Position numbers and translations under genes: made by a program | Shown: one piece after another, positions 8,254 to 17,725 of the stretch | How the letters are laid out: each line of letters starts with the position of its first letter | Numbering within the stretch: position 1 is the stretch's first letter | Source: Myxococcota bacterium | Lineage (GTDB): Bacteria > Myxococcota_A > Polyangia > JAAYKL01 | NCBI GenBank assembly: GCA_030065855.1 | Contig: JASJCT010000034.1 | Location: forward strand, 852-64,851 | Direction: 5' to 3' | DNA: 64,000 bases | Notes under the pieces: model-generated | The model's database searches: none | The model's input: only the letters and a program-made list of their open reading frames with translations | Told to the model about the DNA's origin: nothing

Positions 8254-10323
8254 ATGAAGATTGTTTGCGGAAACTGCAGCGCCAAGTACTCGATTGCAGA
8301 TGAAAAAGTCAAAGGTAAGGTTTTTAAAATTCGCTGCAAAAAGTGTGGCGAGTCTATCGTGGTGCGAGGTGAGGTGGAAAAGCCAGTCCATGAGGCAAGT
8401 CCAGAACCAGCTGAAGAAGCGACGTTCTCACCACCACCCATGCCCGAACAGGAACCTGCTGAAGCAGATGATGGGAATGTTGAAACCAAGGTCTTTGACT
8501 ATTCTGGATATCAGGACGGCGCAGCTGAGGATTTTCCCCAGTGGCATATTGTGGTCGAAGGACAGCAGCAGGGTCCCTATACAGGAGCGCAGATCCGCGA
8601 ATACCTGGACGCGGGCAGCCTCGATTTAGAGTCATATGTGTGGAAAGAGGGGTTTGAAGACTGGCTGCCGATTAGGAGCGTGCCCGAGTTCGGCGGAGAT
8701 GTGGAACAGGGCGATGAACAACCGCTCTCGGCAGCCGAGCCGTCCGCATCCCCGGCGTCTGTTGCTGGCGGTGGGTTGTTTGACACCCAGTCCCAGGCCC
8801 TATCGAGTGGTGGATTGTTTGACCAGCCCGCAGAGGGCGGGCTCTTCGGGGGGGCAGATACCGCAGCCGAGCCAGATCCTGCTGCTTCTCCGTTTGATGC
8901 TGGCGGTGGTTTATTTGGCACTGATCAAGCAGGGGCCGGTGATCAGGATGTCTTTTCCTCGGCGGCCCTCGATGCCCCGACATCGGGTGGGCTGTTCAGC
9001 CAACCCGCATCGCAAGACACTGCCGGCAATGTATTTGCGACTCCCCAGGACGGCCAACAGGAGCCCGATATCTTCGGCGACGTAGCTGGCGATACTGACG
9101 GGGGCAGCTTGTTTTCATCGGTCGACGAAGCCAATCAGGCGCCTCCATTTGGGGATCAAGCTGCAATGACTGGCCAGCGAAACGAGAATTCCGTGCTCTT
9201 TTCCCTGTCTAATTTGCAGGCATTGGCAGCTGGTACGACCGGTACGGACATGGCCGCGTTGCCCGACCCGGCGGTGGGTCAGGACGTTGGCGCCCCGACA
9301 GCTGAAGAGGCCTCTGGGTTAATCGATATTCGTTCTCTGGCGAGCTCTCTCACTACGGACAAAGAGAGTGCGGGTGTGGACGATCTCCTCAGCTTAGGCG
9401 CTGACGGTTTCGCACCTGCCTTGGGCGCACCAGTGCTCGCACCCCAGGCCGAGGGACTGAGTACGCGAGCCATCGTTGGCATTATTGCAGGCGGCGTTGC
9501 AGTGCTGGCGGTGGTTGTCGTTCTCCTGGTCGTGGCAATGTCCGATGATGATGAAGCCACGAGAATCGCCGAGCTCCAAGCCCAGATACAGAAATTGCAG
9601 CAATCGACGACAGTGGACACGCCCCAGATACAGAAGCTGCGGGATCAGCTCGCTGAAGCCCAGCAAAGCGCTGGACAGCCATCTGAAGCTCCTTCAAAGA
9701 AAGCGCCTGCCCCATCGGAAAAAAAGGCCGTCGACAAAAACCCAGAACCCAAAACCAGTCCATCGAGCACGTCGACCTCGACCAAGAGATCATCCTCTCG
9801 GCCCTCTTCGAGAAAGACCAAATCGAGCAGTTCGAAAAGTAGTCCCTCATCGAGTAGCAGTTCATCTTCGAAGAGCAAGAGCGACGATTCGCTTTTTAGA
9901 ACAAAGGAAACCAAGTCCGCAAGTTCAACAACCAAGACGTCCCCATCGCGTGGAAAAGACGAACTAGACGATTTGCTCGGCGGGTCTGTTTCTAAGTCAT
10001 CCCAGAAGAAGCGATCATCTTCGAGTGGATCGTCAAAGCCTGCCAGTGGCGGTGGTGGAGCGGTCAAGGCGAGCCTCGATCGTGCAGATGTGCAAAAAGG
10101 GATGAACGGCGTGGCCGGAAGGGTTAAACAGTGTGGCCAAGGATCCCAGGGAACAGTGACACTGAAGGTGGTGATCGGCAGTACCGGCCGGGTCATCAGC
10201 GCTGTTGCAACAGGCCCGTTTGCCGGCACGCCCGTGGGTTCATGTGCTGCCAGGGCAGTTCGGGGCGCGAGGTTCCCCAAGAGCCAACAGAACCTGACCG
10301 TGAGATACCCCTTTAAGCTGTAA
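8254..10323 (+). CDS. GltJ/AgmX-like protein: MJ0042-type zinc ribbon, GYF domain, GGLF low-complexity linker, TM helix, coiled coil, Ser-rich tract, TonB_C-like (AgmX/PglI-type) C-terminal domain
   Basis: MKIVCGNCSAKYSIADEKVKGKVFKIRCKKCGESIVV (zinc ribbon). WHIVVEGQQQGPYTGAQIREYLDAGSLDLESYVWKEGFEDWLPI (GYF_2). TM helix IVGIIAGGVAVLAVVVVLLVV. The C-terminal 85 aa end in ...ARFPKSQQNLTVRYPFKL. Start placed at ATG 8254 (GAGGA upstream) rather than GTG 8224. Confidence 0.7.
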   Translation: MKIVCGNCSAKYSIADEKVKGKVFKIRCKKCGESIVVRGEVEKPVHEASPEPAEEATFSPPPMPEQEPAEADDGNVETKVFDYSGYQDGAAEDFPQWHIVVEGQQQGPYTGAQIREYLDAGSLDLESYVWKEGFEDWLPIRSVPEFGGDVEQGDEQPLSAAEPSASPASVAGGGLFDTQSQALSSGGLFDQPAEGGLFGGADTAAEPDPAASPFDAGGGLFGTDQAGAGDQDVFSSAALDAPTSGGLFSQPASQDTAGNVFATPQDGQQEPDIFGDVAGDTDGGSLFSSVDEANQAPPFGDQAAMTGQRNENSVLFSLSNLQALAAGTTGTDMAALPDPAVGQDVGAPTAEEASGLIDIRSLASSLTTDKESAGVDDLLSLGADGFAPALGAPVLAPQAEGLSTRAIVGIIAGGVAVLAVVVVLLVVAMSDDDEATRIAELQAQIQKLQQSTTVDTPQIQKLRDQLAEAQQSAGQPSEAPSKKAPAPSEKKAVDKNPEPKTSPSSTSTSTKRSSSRPSSRKTKSSSSKSSPSSSSSSSSKSKSDDSLFRTKETKSASSTTKTSPSRGKDELDDLLGGSVSKSSQKKRSSSSGSSKPASGGGGAVKASLDRADVQKGMNGVAGRVKQCGQGSQGTVTLKVVIGSTGRVISAVATGPFAGTPVGSCAARAVRGARFPKSQQNLTVRYPFKL

Positions 10324-10372
10324 CCTGCCAAGAACGTCGCGTACGACTTCCTAGTGGGTAGATTGAGCCATC

Positions 10373-11293
10373 ATGAGTACTGAAACACACCCCCCTGCAA
10401 CGCAGTGGTCTTTAGCAGACCTCGAGAAAAACTGGTCTGGCCATCTCATGTCCCTGGTCGCCAACAAGCAGACCGCCCTGTCCTATGCGCGGTTACGGTA
10501 CCAAGCAGATCTAGCGGTCTCCTATGCCGAGATCACTGGTCAATGGGAAGAAATGGCAGGATCTGAGCGGGCCCAAACATGGGAAGCAATGCTGACAGGC
10601 GTTGTAAAGGCGCAACAGGAGATGCTTCCCATCTGTGTTCGATGTGGAGATTGTTGCAAACGGGGAAGTCCCACACTGATGCGAGAAGATCTCGATATAT
10701 TGCGCGCCGAGGCCATCCCATGGCACCGGCTCTTGACATTAAGAAAGGGAGAACCGGCCCGATCTCCCTTTACCGGGGATGTCTTCTACCTCCCCGAGGA
10801 GCGCATCAAGCTCGGCGAGGTCAAAGATACCCATACCTGTGGATTTTACCTGGATAAATTAGGTGAATGCGACACATACGCCAATCGTCCGATGCAGTGC
10901 CGAGCCCAGGCCTGCTGGGATCCGGAAGCAGCCACGCGCCTCGCTGAAGAGCCTTATCTGACGCGCAGGGATCTCTTTGGTCACATCGGCGTATTGCTTG
11001 AGATAATAGAAGAGCACGATCGCCGTTGTTCATTTGAGGCGCTAAGGGCCCATTTCGAAGAGCTGAAGCAGACAAAGGGGGAGGCGATACAAAAGGTGGT
11101 CGATTTTCTGGCCTATGAGGAGCACTTTCGCCAATTCTCAGCCGAGCGGCTAAACATTCCCCATAACATCTGCGACCTGGTATTTGGCAGACCCCTTTAT
11201 GAGAGAGTCCGGCTTTTTGGGTTCAAGGTGGAAACCGACGGGGATGGCACGCGAACGCTGCTTCCTGACAAGGGGAAAGGGATCAGGAACTAG
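10373..11293 (+). CDS. YkgJ/UPF0153-like CxxCxxCC zinc/iron-chelating domain protein
   Basis: CVRCGDCCKRGSPTL plus further conserved Cys residues (CGFY..C..YANRPMQCRAQAC). 306 aa. The TAG stop (11291-11293) lies inside the terminal repeat of the neighbouring IS remnant. Confidence 0.55.
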   Translation: MSTETHPPATQWSLADLEKNWSGHLMSLVANKQTALSYARLRYQADLAVSYAEITGQWEEMAGSERAQTWEAMLTGVVKAQQEMLPICVRCGDCCKRGSPTLMREDLDILRAEAIPWHRLLTLRKGEPARSPFTGDVFYLPEERIKLGEVKDTHTCGFYLDKLGECDTYANRPMQCRAQACWDPEAATRLAEEPYLTRRDLFGHIGVLLEIIEEHDRRCSFEALRAHFEELKQTKGEAIQKVVDFLAYEEHFRQFSAERLNIPHNICDLVFGRPLYERVRLFGFKVETDGDGTRTLLPDKGKGIRN

Positions 11294-11842
11294 CACTACT
11301 CTGCCAATTTTTACAAAGCATGGTCAAAATAGATACTCGCTTTGCAGTGTGGACACTGCGCTGGATTGAAGGCTTCGATGATGCTGCGTCTCACCGCTGG
11401 TAGAGATGGCGTTGGAGGTGGTCCTGGTGGTTTTTGTGGAACGCTGTTTTTTTTGTTCCCATCGCAGCGTTTGGGTGAAGGCGAATGCCATCATCGTCAA
11501 TAGTGCGTGGTGGTGTAGTCCATTCCATGAGCGGCCTTCAAAATGATCCAGACCAAACTCCTGCTTGAGTTGTTGGTGTGCTTGCTCACAGCTCCAGCGT
11601 GCTTTGATCGCAGTTACGAGTTGGCGACGCGAAGCATTCTCGGGGTAGCTGCATAGGTAATAACGTCGATTCCCGGGACTGCGCTGTTCACAGATCAACC
11701 ATGCGGTCTGCCCTGGTAGTCGTTTATGCTGAGATGTGCGCGGAGCATCTGCTACTCGCACACGTGTTATCGCAAACTTGGCCTTGAGAACGCCCTTGGT
11801 GCCACGGCGCCAAGTGACAGCGCGAAAGGCTCTGGGTCCCAA
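11290..11842 (-). pseudogene. IS701-family transposase remnant (C-terminal ~170 aa plus one terminal repeat)
   Basis: [16 protein letters not shown]...[35 protein letters not shown] matches the C-terminal DDE region of IS701-type transposases. No N-terminal half is present. The end sequence ctagcactac at 11290-11299 equals the terminal 10-mer of the element at 26151-26776. Confidence 0.7.
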
Positions 11843-11966
11843 TGCTTGATGTACGTCTCAGCAGAATGAAGAGACAGTAGATAGTGAGGCGATAGGGCAT
11901 TACCGAAGAAAAACTCGAAACGGTAAATCAACGAAAGCAGCAAAAGCCAGTTTTCGATTTGTTGCT

Positions 11967-12458
11967 ATGTGGAATATCGAGACACAAGCGTATCAAGTTT
12001 ATGTAACCAACATTCCTCCTGCAAAGATGAGCGTGATGGATATTGCCAATGCGTATTGTCTTCGCTGGGAAATAGAAATTATATTTCGTCAGCTCAAGTC
12101 GCAGTTTCGACTCAGTGATTTTCCAACGCGAAAGGCAGTTGCCGTAGAGGCGCTAATATACGCTTCACTGATCACTCTAGTGGTTAGCAGAACATTTCTG
12201 GTTGAGCTGCGAAGACGATTTCCTAACCTAAAAGAGCGGATGCCGTTCGAGCGTTGGTCTGCAATATTCGCAGAATTTGCCGTATCGATCCTGCATTCTC
12301 TTTTGGAGAATCGCCGAAGAAAACAGCGACGAAAGAGCAACCTTTTAGAACTCATGTTTAAAGAAGCGATAGACCCAAATGCAGCACGCTCTGGCGGTTT
12401 AATAGGTAGAGTGGAAAATTGTATATCAATGAAAAGTTATGTATTTTCAAATGCTTAA
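11967..12458 (+). pseudogene. IS4-family transposase remnant (C-terminal ~160 aa)
   Basis: YCLRWEIEIIFRQLK gives the Y-2-R-3-E-6-K signature of IS4-family DDE transposases. The N-terminal catalytic part is absent. It lies head to head with the IS701 remnant. Confidence 0.7.
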
Positions 12459-12586
12459 CCGATCACAGATGCACCTGCGCGGGAATGACCGTTTTCTTCA
12501 ATGATTTCAACGTACACATGTCGAGTTCCGAGCTGTTTTGGACATCAATGACCTACCTATGTTTTCTTTTCGAAAATCGCCACTGG

Positions 12587-13495
12587 CTAATTGGATATTT
12601 CAGGTGCGGGTGTTTCAGCCGACTCAGCTGAGGTCGTTATTTCAGGCTCGGTTTCAGGCGTTTCTGTAGGAGTCGTCGTAGTTTTTTTCACTGGCTCGGT
12701 TGCCGGTGCTTCAGTCGGGTCGGCCGTCGGTTTGGCTGCGGGCGGCTCTGCCGAGGTGATAGCTGGTACCTCTTGGTCAGTCGTCACAGTGCGAAGTTCG
12801 GAATATTCGGCGACGACCTGATCCATCGCAAAGTCGTACATTGCCGCACACGCGGCGAGTTCTCGATCCTCAATTTTCAACATAACCATCTGGGGATTAA
12901 TTTCAGTATAGAAATAATAAACTTGCTGGCCGGCGCTGTTGTATAGGCGGACTCTAATCTCCGGCTGTGTAAGCCACCTGGCCGCTACTACCATCACACC
13001 GTCGATGTTAAATTTTTTACAGAACAATGCCACCACTTCCTCAGGCAGTTCTGCAAAATCAATATCTCCGCCAAGATAACCGACGCGATTTCCACTGGGC
13101 GCATATCCACAAGCTCGCGCTTTGGGGCAACGAGAAATGACCATCTCTTCGAATTCGGGAGTATCCAGATATCCTTTCGACAACAGGACATCGTGGAATG
13201 CAGCCATCCGCTGTTCTGTTTCAGCGCGCTTCTCTTCGATCAGCCGATTGAAGCGCGTGATCTGGGTGAAATCCTCCTCACTGCTGGTGTCATCTAATTG
13301 CTTTTGAGACATATAGGGCCCTACCACAGCAATCCGATCTATTTTCTCTATTTCGGCGCGGTTAATTACAGGTTGTTGGGTACAGGATAGTCCGATAGCA
13401 CAGCATCCAACTATCAGAACGAGCCAGGCAATGCGGCCAAGAGTGCTATTCTTGAATAATGTCACTTTAGTTTTTATTATAATGCTCCCTTTCAC
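12587..13495 (-). CDS. hypothetical lipoprotein with P/T/E-rich C-terminal tail
   Basis: Hydrophobic N-terminus with lipobox-like IGLSC. No family recognised. Last gene of a co-directional string with the BNR and CbiZ-fusion genes. Confidence 0.5.
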   Translation of the reverse strand: MKGSIIIKTKVTLFKNSTLGRIAWLVLIVGCCAIGLSCTQQPVINRAEIEKIDRIAVVGPYMSQKQLDDTSSEEDFTQITRFNRLIEEKRAETEQRMAAFHDVLLSKGYLDTPEFEEMVISRCPKARACGYAPSGNRVGYLGGDIDFAELPEEVVALFCKKFNIDGVMVVAARWLTQPEIRVRLYNSAGQQVYYFYTEINPQMVMLKIEDRELAACAAMYDFAMDQVVAEYSELRTVTTDQEVPAITSAEPPAAKPTADPTEAPATEPVKKTTTTPTETPETEPEITTSAESAETPAPEISN

Positions 13496-13621
13496 AAGTG
13501 TTTTTTGGATTGCTCATAGTCCGTATGAAAGCGATTATCCCTTGGCACACAAAACCAGTCAACTATGATGTTCAAGGGTATGCCTTAGGGTTCCCTCAGG
13601 ATCTTAAGTTAGGACGTGAGG

Positions 13622-15649
13622 TTATTGTTGCAAAAGCCTGCTGTGGGCCCCGTTCAAAAGGGCGTTTATGGCCAGGTCCAACACCTGGGGCAAGCTGGTC
13701 TTTTTCGTCAGGCGGCGCATCTTCTTGAGGTTTCTTTTGGCGATCCGATTTGCGATCCTCTGGCACCAGTCCTTAAAAAAGCCAATATCTTCGACCAGTC
13801 CTGCCTCATAGTCGTCACTGATGGCCAGGGCTGCCTGGATAAATGAACCATAGAGCGGGTCTAAGAGAAGCCCCTCGAGCTCGGTTGCCAGGTGCATTGC
13901 TCCAACTCTCTTGTGACAATCAGCTGCAGAGATAACGTTAAACAGGGCAATGCCTCGTTCTTCCAACCGATGAAACACACTGCGGCCCGGCGCAATGCCG
14001 TTCTGTTTGTAAACCGCTTTTTTGACCCCTTCGTAGACCGCCTGGGCGATCAGCTCCCCCATCTTCGAATGGCCGCCGGTGTTGTCTATGGGATATCCGC
14101 TACCTGACACGGCGATAACATTGTCTGTTCCCGTGCCAGTGGCTGGATTGAATCGACCGGAATAGGCGCTTCTTACGTCCAGATCAAAGAGCGCAGCAGT
14201 CTTTGCCTCGGTAGCAGTGAGGATCGCCCGGGTCCTGGCCCGATGGCTGAGCTCAGCGTTGGTAAGCATGATGATATTAATCGTGCCGGGCTCGTAATAG
14301 TCGCCAATGTCCTTTGACGCCATCATCGCATTGCCCCTCACACCAGCGGTCACCAGTGCATAGGCCTGCAACTTTTCGTATGCTTTGCTGACAACAGACA
14401 GACTGCTCATGTCCGCACCCGTATATAGGAAGCTAAAGTGCTTTCGGTGCTTTGCTATAGCGCTGCCAATTCGCTGCTTTAGCCCTTTGAGGCCAGAGTC
14501 GTGCATAGCTCCCCAGGACTGGGGTGGAAAGTAGTGGTTGCCCACAGCGCTTACTCCTTTTCTGGCCCCTTCGAGGGTCGAGGCGATCCGCTGGGGGGTC
14601 TTGAATTCGACTATCAAAGACTTGTGGGTAAAGTCGTCGATGCGGCTGTGATACACACTCGCCTTTTTGACATAATCCAGGTCGAGTTCGAGGGGTTCTG
14701 ATCTGAAGATGCCTTCTTTGTACACCCGGCTTTTGGGATCTGATGATGCCTTGGGATAAACGGTTGCATACAGCCACGACACCAGATGGGAAACACGGCT
14801 CGAAGCCCTGCAGGTCAGCTCGCAGGGGAAATAATAAACCCTGCTATTTTTTACCGCATCCACATCGCGCCAGCCCGGCTTCTTTGCAATGGTCGCGGCG
14901 ATCTGCTCGTCCCCTTGGCACCCGTAAATCACCTGCGGGTTAAACCCACGCCACTCCTCTAGGGTGACAGGAACGACATGTCCCTGTTTTCCGAGCTTCG
15001 GAGGTGTCCCGCCGGCAAGGGAGATAATCTCGTTTTGAAACGAGTCGTCACCAGGGGTCATGACCTGTTGCCTGCCCATCAGCCTCAGCACTCTCTTTCT
15101 CTCGTCCGGTCTGATTTTCTTGACTTTTTTTTCTATGAGCCCGATTTCCGCTTTGTTCTTCTCAACCAACGTCCGGGCTGCGTCCGCTCGGTCGAATATC
15201 CTGCCCAGCTGCTCGATGGTCCAAAACGCTTCGCTCAATGTGCGTTGATTAAGGTTGACGATCTGACAGGTCTTGCCGCGCTTGGCATTGTTGCCGAATG
15301 CCCGGCCCACCTCATCGTGGAAACCCGCAACGAAAATCAGATCGGGGTTTAATTTTCTAATGACCCTTACATTGGGGGCAAAAAATCCGCCGACGACCTT
15401 TTTGCGCACCACTGGCGAGGGAAAAGTATTGTGGTAGGTCACGCCCACCACGGATGGACCGGCGCCCAGGGCGTAAATCGTCTCGGTCACAGCAGGTACC
15501 AGGGAAACGACCCGCCTGGGCTTTTGGGTCAGCAGAACGGTTTCCCCTCGACTGTCAACGATCTTAATCGGGTAGGAAACCGCGCCCTTGGAAATCAGAA
15601 GGGTACAGACCAGGCCTACGAACATAGCCACAAAATGCTTTTTCATCAT
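13622..15649 (-). CDS. fusion protein: secreted BtuF/FecB-type (class III) periplasmic binding domain + CbiZ-like adenosylcobinamide amidohydrolase domain
   Basis: Signal-like MMKKHFVAMFVGLVCTLLIS. The first ~320 aa resemble Peripla_BP_2 (RVVSLVPAVTETIYALGAG..VVGVT...NPDLIFV...). The C-terminal ~350 aa carry motifs I associate with CbiZ (TAGVRGNA, GTINIIM, ATGTGTDNV). Start moved to ATG 15649. Confidence 0.65.
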   Translation of the reverse strand: MMKKHFVAMFVGLVCTLLISKGAVSYPIKIVDSRGETVLLTQKPRRVVSLVPAVTETIYALGAGPSVVGVTYHNTFPSPVVRKKVVGGFFAPNVRVIRKLNPDLIFVAGFHDEVGRAFGNNAKRGKTCQIVNLNQRTLSEAFWTIEQLGRIFDRADAARTLVEKNKAEIGLIEKKVKKIRPDERKRVLRLMGRQQVMTPGDDSFQNEIISLAGGTPPKLGKQGHVVPVTLEEWRGFNPQVIYGCQGDEQIAATIAKKPGWRDVDAVKNSRVYYFPCELTCRASSRVSHLVSWLYATVYPKASSDPKSRVYKEGIFRSEPLELDLDYVKKASVYHSRIDDFTHKSLIVEFKTPQRIASTLEGARKGVSAVGNHYFPPQSWGAMHDSGLKGLKQRIGSAIAKHRKHFSFLYTGADMSSLSVVSKAYEKLQAYALVTAGVRGNAMMASKDIGDYYEPGTINIIMLTNAELSHRARTRAILTATEAKTAALFDLDVRSAYSGRFNPATGTGTDNVIAVSGSGYPIDNTGGHSKMGELIAQAVYEGVKKAVYKQNGIAPGRSVFHRLEERGIALFNVISAADCHKRVGAMHLATELEGLLLDPLYGSFIQAALAISDDYEAGLVEDIGFFKDWCQRIANRIAKRNLKKMRRLTKKTSLPQVLDLAINALLNGAHSRLLQQ

Positions 15650-15742
15650 CTCGATACATTCCTTCTCAACCCACTGTCGCCACATACCAGAAAACTCAAG
15701 TATCTACGTTTGGGAATTAGCAAATTGGATTGCAACGACTAC

Positions 15743-17707
15743 TCAGTAATATGTGCTCCAGCCCAAATTGATGTGTGGCCATAGCTCCGTGCCAAAATCC
15801 TTTTCGTCTTTGCCGCCTAGGTCGGCAAGCTTGCCCGCAACGTTCCAGGTCCACGATTCACTTAGACCGAGTCGAAGATAAAATCCTATGCGTTCGACTC
15901 GGCGGCGTGGTGGCAAAGATTTTGCTGCTTGTTTATTCCGGTACTTGTATACATAGGCGATGTACACTGCTTGAGACAATCCGATTCCCCACCGAGATCG
16001 TTCGTAGTCTGAAGGATCGACCCGATCTTGCCATGGTTTCTGGAGAATGGTTCCTTCCCATTTTGGACCAATACTCGCCGATAGGCGCAGCACCAAACCT
16101 CCACGCTCAACAGCATGCCAGTCGATCATCAGGGGAAACTCAACTCCCATCCCAGTGGAATTCATCATTTCTGTCTGACCTTCATCCGGGGTTTCTGAGG
16201 GAGCGGCTATTGTTTCATTCACTTGCATAAACTTGATGAGTATGCCCCCGCCCAATTTTATTCGCGACCACCCACCCAAGTAGATGGTTGACATCATTGC
16301 CCCAGGTCCAAACCTTGTTGCAATCTTTCCAACTGGATGCACGTACCCAAGCTCAAGTTCAATAATACCCTTTGTATGGCGAGTACTTTTGTATTTTTCA
16401 AACAGGTCTTCATCATACTTGCGTGAGGATCGCACAATATCCCAATTTTCTCCTGAGTTTTTAGTAATCGCTACTAGCCCCCACGAACCAACAATAATTC
16501 CTTTTGTCTCGTCGATCCGAGAGGCGTTGATTGCCGCCGGAACAGGTTGTGTTTTTTCCTCTATTTCATCGTAAAAATTTAGGAATTGCCAATTCAATCC
16601 ATCGCTCGTTTGTATTGCCGGACCATCCAGTGTTGTCACGACTCCGGATGTGGGTGTCATCATTGCTATGCGGAAGAGGTCTTCTTTAACCTCAGTATCA
16701 ATTTTTTGCCATGTTCTTCCACCATCCACCGATTTCATCAAGAGACCACCTTGGCCACACAGAAATCCCAATGATGGATTTAAAAACTGCACGTCCAATA
16801 GATCCCAGGTGTATTCTAGTTGCATCGAATCAAAGGTTTTTCCTCCGTCTTGGGTGCGCAAAACAGTCCCCCCCCTGCCCACCAACCAAGCATGATTGGC
16901 GTCGAGAAAAAACATCCCGTTGATTTTCGCCGGAAGCTCGACAATACGCCACGTATGCCCTTGGTCCTTTGAATGCAAGAGCCCCCAACCATATAGTATC
17001 CAGGCGTTGTCTCGACCCACATAGGAGACCTCTAAAAATTCGATCTCACTGATTCTACCAGGAGAAACAAACTTGGGTATTTTCGGTAGATATGAAATTA
17101 GTTGACCAAGCTCCTTTTCGAGCACAGCTACGTCTGCTGGCTCTTCATCTGGTATTAGCGTTTGATTGGGAGTGGATTGCCCATCTGGATCTTCTGAGGG
17201 AGAGGACACCGCTGCTGTAGGAGTAGCGTCACTTTCATGCGCCTCTTTTTCTTCTGCTTCTGACCTTATTCTAGCGATCTCCTTGTTTAACAACTCTATT
17301 CTCTCTTCATACCGCTTGATTTGTGGATTTCGTACTCGACTAGAGGGGACCCAGTGCTTTCCACCATCGCTGCTGGTCAGGATCTGACCGTGTGTTCCAA
17401 CCGCAACGCCATGTTGGCGATCGGCAAATGACACCGAACGCAGAATGCGTTCTTCCGGGAGTTTTGAACGATGCTGGAGTTCCCAGGTAACACCGCTGTC
17501 ATTAGTGTGAATAATGATGCCATTTCTTCCTACAGCCCATCCTGTCTGTTCATCGACAAAAGAGGTGTCAAAGAGCGCTTCAAATGTAGGCTCCTCTGCA
17601 TTCTCTTCTTCAAGGTTTCGTTGTTCTGCCACGGCCGCTCTGGTCGCCAATTGCCAAGCCACCATCCCCATACTTAGAAACAATCCGTATCTCGAAATAC
17701 GATACAT
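15743..17707 (-). CDS. secreted BNR/Asp-box beta-propeller protein (Ycf48-like) with C-terminal beta-barrel-like module
   Basis: Signal peptide. About 7 Asp-box motifs (DSGVTW, SDGGKHW, DQGHTW, QDGGKTF, VDGGRTW, SDGLNW, NSGENW). The C-terminal ~200 aa have alternating hydrophobic strands and end in ...INLGWSTYY (aromatic terminus typical of OMPs). Confidence 0.65.
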   Translation of the reverse strand: MYRISRYGLFLSMGMVAWQLATRAAVAEQRNLEEENAEEPTFEALFDTSFVDEQTGWAVGRNGIIIHTNDSGVTWELQHRSKLPEERILRSVSFADRQHGVAVGTHGQILTSSDGGKHWVPSSRVRNPQIKRYEERIELLNKEIARIRSEAEEKEAHESDATPTAAVSSPSEDPDGQSTPNQTLIPDEEPADVAVLEKELGQLISYLPKIPKFVSPGRISEIEFLEVSYVGRDNAWILYGWGLLHSKDQGHTWRIVELPAKINGMFFLDANHAWLVGRGGTVLRTQDGGKTFDSMQLEYTWDLLDVQFLNPSLGFLCGQGGLLMKSVDGGRTWQKIDTEVKEDLFRIAMMTPTSGVVTTLDGPAIQTSDGLNWQFLNFYDEIEEKTQPVPAAINASRIDETKGIIVGSWGLVAITKNSGENWDIVRSSRKYDEDLFEKYKSTRHTKGIIELELGYVHPVGKIATRFGPGAMMSTIYLGGWSRIKLGGGILIKFMQVNETIAAPSETPDEGQTEMMNSTGMGVEFPLMIDWHAVERGGLVLRLSASIGPKWEGTILQKPWQDRVDPSDYERSRWGIGLSQAVYIAYVYKYRNKQAAKSLPPRRRVERIGFYLRLGLSESWTWNVAGKLADLGGKDEKDFGTELWPHINLGWSTYY

Positions 17708-17725
17708 AGATCAACTTCCTCCCGT

